From a virus, in IMG/VR virus record IMGVR_UViG_3300007513_000015, positions 35,127 through 99,126 of that record: a stretch of DNA of 64,000 bases, one strand, 5' to 3'. The notes under the pieces were generated by a model. It worked only from the letters and a program-made list of their open reading frames with translations. It did not search any database and was not told the DNA's origin. Positions 59,051 to 64,000 of the stretch are shown here, piece after piece; the stretch's first letter is position 1; every line of letters starts with the position of its first letter. The translations under genes were made by a program, and so were the position numbers.

Positions 59051-59260
59051 ATGGCAGAAAAAATTTATCATTATATGTCAACCGAGCCAAAATTAGAAGC
59101 TAGACATTACCATTCATTTAAAAAAGGTGGTGCAAACTATACCGATTTTGAATGTGGTAAGTGTAGTGGACGCTGGGCAAAACAAGACTTCAACCGCAAT
59201 GCTGTATATAAAATAACTTGCCCAGAATGTGGTCATAGGGAGATTCCATATATTGTTTGA
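59051..59260 (+). CDS. Small zinc-ribbon protein
   Basis: CGKC...CPECG. Confidence 0.65.
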   Translation: MAEKIYHYMSTEPKLEARHYHSFKKGGANYTDFECGKCSGRWAKQDFNRNAVYKITCPECGHREIPYIV

Positions 59261-59280
59261 GTATAATGCGAAAGTCAAGC

Positions 59281-59303
59281 AAAAAGGGGGAAATTAATCC
59301 CCC
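59281..59303 (-). terminator. Hairpin terminator between convergent genes
   Basis: GGGGG-aaattaat-CCCCC with an A-run on the + strand side (U-tail on the - strand). Confidence 0.6.
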
Positions 59304-59311
59304 AGTTGATG

Positions 59312-59533
59312 CTAAATTTTCCAGACTCGGATGCCTTTTATACCACTTTCAACACACACTCTTGATGATGTCTTGAAAAGTGGTGTTGCAGGGCGGGACT
59401 TTGGATTAGCCAACTCGTGTTCAGGAACAAAAAAACTATCTCCTGAATTTAGTTGATGCCACGGATACTTGCCTGTGCCAGTTCCGTATTTACTTGCAGG
59501 TATTTTAACACCTGTGTCTACTTGGTATGCCAT
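59312..59533 (-). CDS. Small hypothetical protein, possibly DNA-binding
   Basis: KYPWHQLNSGDSFFVP...GIRVWK motif; ATG 59533 after GGAGA. Confidence 0.7.
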   Translation of the reverse strand: MAYQVDTGVKIPASKYGTGTGKYPWHQLNSGDSFFVPEHELANPKSRPATPLFKTSSRVCVESGIKGIRVWKI

Positions 59534-59647
59534 TATATCTCCTTGAGGCAATTTGCCTCTCATTATACCGTTCTTCTAAAACAAAATTGTCTTAAAAGTA
59601 TATTCAAACAATAAACATATAAACTTTATTATTTAAATATGTAACAT

Positions 59648-59676
59648 ATTATATCATAAACACAAGCACAAGTCAA
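59648..59676 (-). promoter_or_regulatory. Sigma70-type promoter on the minus strand
   Basis: TTGACT-17-TATAAT (reverse complement). Confidence 0.75.
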
Positions 59677-59731
59677 GCAAATAAACAGGAATAATTAGGA
59701 AAAAATATATTCGTGAAGTAAAACTAACTAA

Positions 59732-60187
59732 CTAACTAATTATTTTAAACAACATACTGTCTGGATTTGATAGCATTAAACCAATGAAAATAGAACCACC
59801 AACGATAATCCATCTCCATTTCTCTAATACTGCAACTCTTTGGTCTAATTGATATCTGATGGCTCGCATTTCGTTGAGCATTTTGTTTTCTGAAATCACT
59901 TGGTGTTCTCTTAATTCTCTAGTATTTGTGGTTATTCTTGAATGTAATTCTTTGAGGTCATTATCCCACTCTTTACGGCGAGATTCTAAAGTAACAAAAA
60001 TATCATTATCAGTTTCTTCTGCCTTTTGAAGTTTAGTTTCTTGTTGAACAAGCATACCCTTTAACGATACTGTTATATCGGTTAATTTTTCAATTGCTAC
60101 TTCTAGTCGCTGGTGAATATGCTCACTTTGTTTAGCCTCTTTTTTGAGTAAAGCAACATCTGTTTGAAGTTTTTGTAAATCTGACAT
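59732..60187 (-). CDS. Coiled-coil protein with C-terminal TM
   Basis: LHSRIT, RVAVLEKWRWIIVGG. Confidence 0.7.
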   Translation of the reverse strand: MSDLQKLQTDVALLKKEAKQSEHIHQRLEVAIEKLTDITVSLKGMLVQQETKLQKAEETDNDIFVTLESRRKEWDNDLKELHSRITTNTRELREHQVISENKMLNEMRAIRYQLDQRVAVLEKWRWIIVGGSIFIGLMLSNPDSMLFKIIS

Positions 60188-60208
60188 AACTATATTTATC
60201 CGTAGTTA

Positions 60209-60604
60209 TTACTCAACTACATCTGAAGCCTCTGTTGTGGGCTGTGGGTCTGATGGCTCATAATATTCTTTATATGCCAATAAGAGTTGTCTTTGTTCTG
60301 CAAGTTTGTTTCTTATGTCAGTATAGTTTATTTGTATTTTTTCATATCCAGTATCTTCTACAGCAAACAGGGCATACTCACCGCCTGCTGATTTGATTCT
60401 TTCAAATATTTCAGCTGCGTTATCTTTTGTGATAACAATCCATTCAATGTCTTGCAATTTTAGTGGGTCTGGATTTGGTAGATTAAGTGGTGTCTTTGAA
60501 ACTTCAATTGTTGTTACTTGTATTTCTTGTACACTCTCTGAACAGCTTGATAAAAATACTGCAAGTAGTCCTAGAAGTAGGATGTTTTTCATTTTATTCT
60601 CCAT
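60209..60604 (-). CDS. Lipoprotein, o-spanin-like
   Basis: MKNILLLGLLAVFLSSC lipobox; Pro-rich segment; directly follows the i-spanin-like gene; start approximate. Confidence 0.55.
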   Translation of the reverse strand: MENKMKNILLLGLLAVFLSSCSESVQEIQVTTIEVSKTPLNLPNPDPLKLQDIEWIVITKDNAAEIFERIKSAGGEYALFAVEDTGYEKIQINYTDIRNKLAEQRQLLLAYKEYYEPSDPQPTTEASDVVE

Positions 60605-60608
60605 AATA

Positions 60609-61070
60609 TTATTTAGGTACATAATTCGGGTTTGCCAATCGAGGGCAGTCTAAATTTGCTTGTGATTTCTTTGTAACTGCAATTTCTTCTTCAGTAAGTG
60701 GTGAACCAGAAGCAATCTCCATACACCTTTTTGCGTTACCTCTTTCCTTGTTTACTATCTTTACGACTAATGCTGGTCTTGCCTCTGCGAGTTGACCGAA
60801 ATCGTGTTCTGATAACTTTTTAATTAGAACATCTTTATCTGATTGCAAAGCATCTCTATTATCTCGAACCTCGCCCAATGTAGTTCTGACTTTTTCAAAA
60901 TCTTCGGCTTGTTGTTTGATAGTCGCTTCGTTTTGTTCAACAGCACCTTCTAATTTAGTAGTATTGATTTTTAAAGTAGCATTGTCTGCTCGAAGTTTCT
61001 GCACATACACATATCCGCCGCCAGCAACACTAACGATTAATAAAAAGATTATTAATTTAACTTGAAACAT
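60609..61070 (-). CDS. i-spanin-like protein (N-terminal TM + coiled coil)
   Basis: Signal-anchor, long coiled coil and two Cys; adjacent to the lipoprotein gene. Confidence 0.55.
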   Translation of the reverse strand: MFQVKLIIFLLIVSVAGGGYVYVQKLRADNATLKINTTKLEGAVEQNEATIKQQAEDFEKVRTTLGEVRDNRDALQSDKDVLIKKLSEHDFGQLAEARPALVVKIVNKERGNAKRCMEIASGSPLTEEEIAVTKKSQANLDCPRLANPNYVPK

Positions 61071-61285
61071 TAGTTATTAATGATATCAAAGATATCTTGT
61101 ACTGTTTCAATTGTGCCAGCTTCTTCGTCAGTAATAGGACGATTCCATTTCTTTCCAACTTCAATGATTACTTCTAAATTAGTCCAATCATCTGAGTCTA
61201 AATCGTCTATTAAATGTGAAGTCGGTGATATTTCACTTACATCTACATCTAATTTTTCACTTAAATATTTTATTAATTCTTCCAT
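61070..61285 (-). CDS. Acyl carrier protein-like, canonical Ser absent
   Basis: ISPTSHLIDDL...ITDEEAGTIETVQDI aligns with the ACP helices. Confidence 0.7.
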   Translation of the reverse strand: MEELIKYLSEKLDVDVSEISPTSHLIDDLDSDDWTNLEVIIEVGKKWNRPITDEEAGTIETVQDIFDIINN

Positions 61286-61560
61286 TATTTCTCCAATTTT
61301 TCTAATCGTTTTTCAAGTTCATCAATCTTTTTAGTAACATATGGATACTTCTTTCTCCAAGCATCTTCTGGTTGTTCTAACCAAGTCCAACCAAATCGTT
61401 CAACGAGATAGTCTACACTTCTGTCGAACTTAGAATATAACCAAAGACCTATTCTTGTGCCTTTAAAGTATGTTGAAAACGCCAGACCGAATAGAGAACC
61501 AACTAATGCAGTATAAATCCACAGACGATTTGACGCCATTTGTTCTATCATTTCCCACAT
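61285..61560 (-). CDS. Small membrane protein
   Basis: TM segment LWIYTALVGSLFGLAF; WRKKYP; coiled-coil end. Confidence 0.65.
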   Translation of the reverse strand: MWEMIEQMASNRLWIYTALVGSLFGLAFSTYFKGTRIGLWLYSKFDRSVDYLVERFGWTWLEQPEDAWRKKYPYVTKKIDELEKRLEKLEK

Positions 61561-62294
61561 TACTTCTTACCTGCTCTCTCACAAAGTTCGTGATAACCGC
61601 CCATAGAATGGTCAGAGAATCCATCAACTTTACCTTTCAGTAATCCTCTGCTTGTGCCTTTGAACCATTGTGAAATCATATACCAACGACTATATCCTTC
61701 TTTAACATTGCCGTCAATATCAAAATATGTTGTCTTATCACTTTTATGACTGAATCCAAGAAACTCGGGTGGAACTTTTGTAACTATATCGTTATTATTT
61801 CTAAAACGATAAGCAGTAAATAACATTCTCTTTGTTTGTTTTGGGGTTCCTACTCTTGGTGAACCAAAAGTATAACAAACAGAATTTGGGTCGCCTATTC
61901 TATGTGAATATAATGTTGCCAAAGCAGCACCCAAACTATGTCCTGTTACTACTAATTGTTTGCCTTCAGAATTTTTATTATAGTCGTCAAATAAATCATC
62001 CCAAACATCATCTAATGCGGCTTTAAATCCTCTGTGTATTCCGCCTTTCTTACGAAATTGAACATCTGCTTTAATATCTTCCCAAGATGTTGGTTCTGTG
62101 CCTCGAAAAACTACAATATAGTTCTTTGGACAGGTGAGTACATAACATTCAGTACCACCATGAGCGAACATCTTAATAACATCCCAATCTTTACTGAATG
62201 TTTTCTTAAAGTCTTTTAAACCTGTATAGGCGTGTTTACTTAATCTTGCCATAAAGGTTGCAGTCTTCCAAGAAAACTTATTATCCAGTTGCAT
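61560..62294 (-). CDS. Class 3 lipase (alpha/beta hydrolase)
   Basis: VVFRGTE, HRGF, VTGHSLGAALA, TFGSPRVG, DIVTKVP, DHSM. Confidence 0.9.
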   Translation of the reverse strand: MQLDNKFSWKTATFMARLSKHAYTGLKDFKKTFSKDWDVIKMFAHGGTECYVLTCPKNYIVVFRGTEPTSWEDIKADVQFRKKGGIHRGFKAALDDVWDDLFDDYNKNSEGKQLVVTGHSLGAALATLYSHRIGDPNSVCYTFGSPRVGTPKQTKRMLFTAYRFRNNNDIVTKVPPEFLGFSHKSDKTTYFDIDGNVKEGYSRWYMISQWFKGTSRGLLKGKVDGFSDHSMGGYHELCERAGKK

Positions 62295-62298
62295 GATA

Positions 62299-62457
62299 TT
62301 AACCTTTAGTTAATGATTGATAAGCGCCATAAGCAATAGCGGCATAAGCTGCTAAATTTGCCCAACTACCTAAAAATAAAATAACTAATCCGACTGCGAT
62401 TAATCCTAATCCACCTTGTGAGGATTTTTCTTTAATTCTTTCTGTTACGAAGTTCAT
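62299..62457 (-). CDS. 52-aa two-TM protein (holin-like; absent from the ORF track)
   Basis: AGGAGA RBS; MNFVTERIKEKSSQGGLGLIAVGLVILFLGSWANLAAYAAIAYGAYQSLTKG. Confidence 0.6.
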   Translation of the reverse strand: MNFVTERIKEKSSQGGLGLIAVGLVILFLGSWANLAAYAAIAYGAYQSLTKG

Positions 62458-62467
62458 ATTTTTCTCC

Positions 62468-62818
62468 TTAATTGTTGTGTTTACTTGTATCTGTCTTAGT
62501 CCATCTACCTCTTTCCATAAACTTTGCAGATACGGAAACTTTCCTACCAGCTAATTCTTTTGGTGAAAGTATTGTTAAATGATATTTTCTATTTACATTA
62601 TCTGTACCAGTAACTTCTACTTCCATTTTATCGTGTTTCTTACCATCAAAAGTCAGACCATGTCCAGTCATAAACTTATGTACTACTTCTTTTAATTCTG
62701 GTTTTACTGACTCTTTCTTTTTTAATTTCATTGATGCAGTAGGCTTCAAGTAACTTGTAGAAGGAACTAGAAGTCCCATATTATATTCATTTATAAATTG
62801 TTTAAATGTTTTTGCCAT
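62468..62818 (-). CDS. Hypothetical protein
   Basis: MAKTFKQFINE start, typical of T4-like head-internal proteins. Confidence 0.6.
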   Translation of the reverse strand: MAKTFKQFINEYNMGLLVPSTSYLKPTASMKLKKKESVKPELKEVVHKFMTGHGLTFDGKKHDKMEVEVTGTDNVNRKYHLTILSPKELAGRKVSVSAKFMERGRWTKTDTSKHNN

Positions 62819-63404
62819 GTTCTCTTGCCATATCTATTAGTTGCTGCTTTCGTTTTGTGATTTCATCTTCGGGATATTCTAAGTCTGGAACAGCTCTATC
62901 GATTGCTTCTTTGATGCCCATTCTTTTCATTAACTTGTCTTGTAAAGGTTTCTTCTTCTTTACAACAACTGTAGATGAATCATCGCCCGTTCCTGCAACT
63001 GCTGTGCCTGTTGCGTTTGCTGGCGCATCTTCACTCAATTTCTTCCAATCGTCATATGAAATATACATATCTGTATCGGGATTATAATAATCACCATGAA
63101 TTTTATCATAGTACACAACTTGTCCTGCCTTTGTCATAAATGGACCTTCAAGACCCTTACGAGGTTGATATTTTACCTTATCAAGTCTTGGAAATGTGGA
63201 TTGTTGTGTCTTTAGCTTTAAGTAATCTCTAGCTTTTTGATATCGCACCTTCTTTGATGCTTGCGACATATAAGGTGATTTAGATTCTTTACGAACTTTG
63301 ACATCCGTGCCATATTTTGGGCGTAACCGATGCCATTCAGACCTTGCGTCCTGTTCTTTTTCATGTCTGGATACTTCTTTACCTTTAACAGTTATTATGT
63401 ACAT
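62802..63404 (-). CDS. Hypothetical basic protein
   Basis: GLEGPF...YYD and EDAPANATG motifs. Confidence 0.6.
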   Translation of the reverse strand: MYIITVKGKEVSRHEKEQDARSEWHRLRPKYGTDVKVRKESKSPYMSQASKKVRYQKARDYLKLKTQQSTFPRLDKVKYQPRKGLEGPFMTKAGQVVYYDKIHGDYYNPDTDMYISYDDWKKLSEDAPANATGTAVAGTGDDSSTVVVKKKKPLQDKLMKRMGIKEAIDRAVPDLEYPEDEITKRKQQLIDMAREHGKNI

Positions 63405-63949
63405 AAATCCTCTGTCGTTAAATAGACACCATTATATTTGAATACATCATATCCCATAATTGTGTCTGTTGTTTCTTTAAATTCGATACTCTCATCCATA
63501 TTTATGACTACATCACCATCTAAATTATAGATATCGTGTTTGACTTTATATGTGCCTTCAGTTAGTGGTTCGCCATAGTTTTCAGAAATTTCAAACTCGA
63601 AACCTTGTTCTTTTATAAACTTATAGACTTCTTTTTCGACTTCAGGGTTTTCACCGTGCTCTTCTTTAAAAAACGCAATTGCAGCTGCAGCCGCAGAACC
63701 TAGAGGTCCACGAATACCAACTTTGGCTAACATTCTTTTGAGATTGAATACAAAACGGATGAGAAGTGTGTATGCGGTTCTGAATTCGGTCCTTTGTGGA
63801 TTGACCATTTTTTTAATGTCTTGCGACTTGATTAAGACCTTACCTTTTTCATCAATAATACCAAGAGCATACGCCTTAGTTTTATTAAAAGGTGTAACTA
63901 ATAATTTTAATACTCTGTATGCCACTAGGGCATCTATTACTCTACTCAT
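63395..63949 (-). CDS. Conserved hypothetical T4-like phage protein
   Basis: YRVLKLLVTPFNKTKAYALGIIDEKG...RFVFNLKR. Confidence 0.7.
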   Translation of the reverse strand: MSRVIDALVAYRVLKLLVTPFNKTKAYALGIIDEKGKVLIKSQDIKKMVNPQRTEFRTAYTLLIRFVFNLKRMLAKVGIRGPLGSAAAAAIAFFKEEHGENPEVEKEVYKFIKEQGFEFEISENYGEPLTEGTYKVKHDIYNLDGDVVINMDESIEFKETTDTIMGYDVFKYNGVYLTTEDLCT

Positions 63950-64000
63950 TAAATTTTTCCTAGTTGTCCCATAATTTCATGGTCGATTGGCACTTCTATT
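63949..64000 (-). CDS. 3' end of a CDS truncated by the window
   Basis: ...IEVPIDHEIMGQLGKI* with a TAATG overlap onto the next start. Confidence 0.45.
   Translation of the reverse strand, partial: IEVPIDHEIMGQLGKI

Noticed and set aside
1-64000. tRNAs, introns/inteins, homing endonucleases, stop-codon recoding
   Set aside because: None recognised; core genes (gp17, gp20, gp23, uvsW, gp46) are uninterrupted and of normal length in the standard code

Overview
AT-rich segment of a T4-like myophage genome with the gene order typical of marine T4-like phages. From 1 to about 59.3 kb it runs almost entirely on the + strand. It opens with baseplate wedge genes (gp7-like C-terminus, gp8) and a ~20 kb block of large virion/fibre proteins rich in His-x-His, cupredoxin-like and Cys modules. 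Next is a sugar-modification cassette (GT9-like glycosyltransferase, two NodU/CmcH carbamoyltransferases, HldD, a cupin, HldE). Then come the neck/tail/head module gp13-gp23 and gp3, uvsY/uvsW, a ~620 bp non-coding structured and repeated region, gp55, gp47/46, a vWA + MoxR-type AAA pair, gp45/44/62, regA and accessory genes. The last ~4.3 kb is on the - strand (lipase, ACP-like protein, spanin-like pair) and seems to have a different restriction-site signature. Best candidates for new biology: (i) a 19-aa C-x10-C-E-x2-G-x2-W module grafted into several core virion proteins, alongside His-x-His and cupredoxin modules; (ii) a heptose/carbamoyl modification cassette next to Cys-rich fibre genes; (iii) a promoter, structured RNA, GAA mini-hairpins and iterons upstream of gp55 (candidate origin/ncRNA); (iv) an ACP-like protein lacking the phosphopantetheine Ser inside a lipase/spanin cluster. 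All calls come from motif recognition and synteny; no database searches were run.
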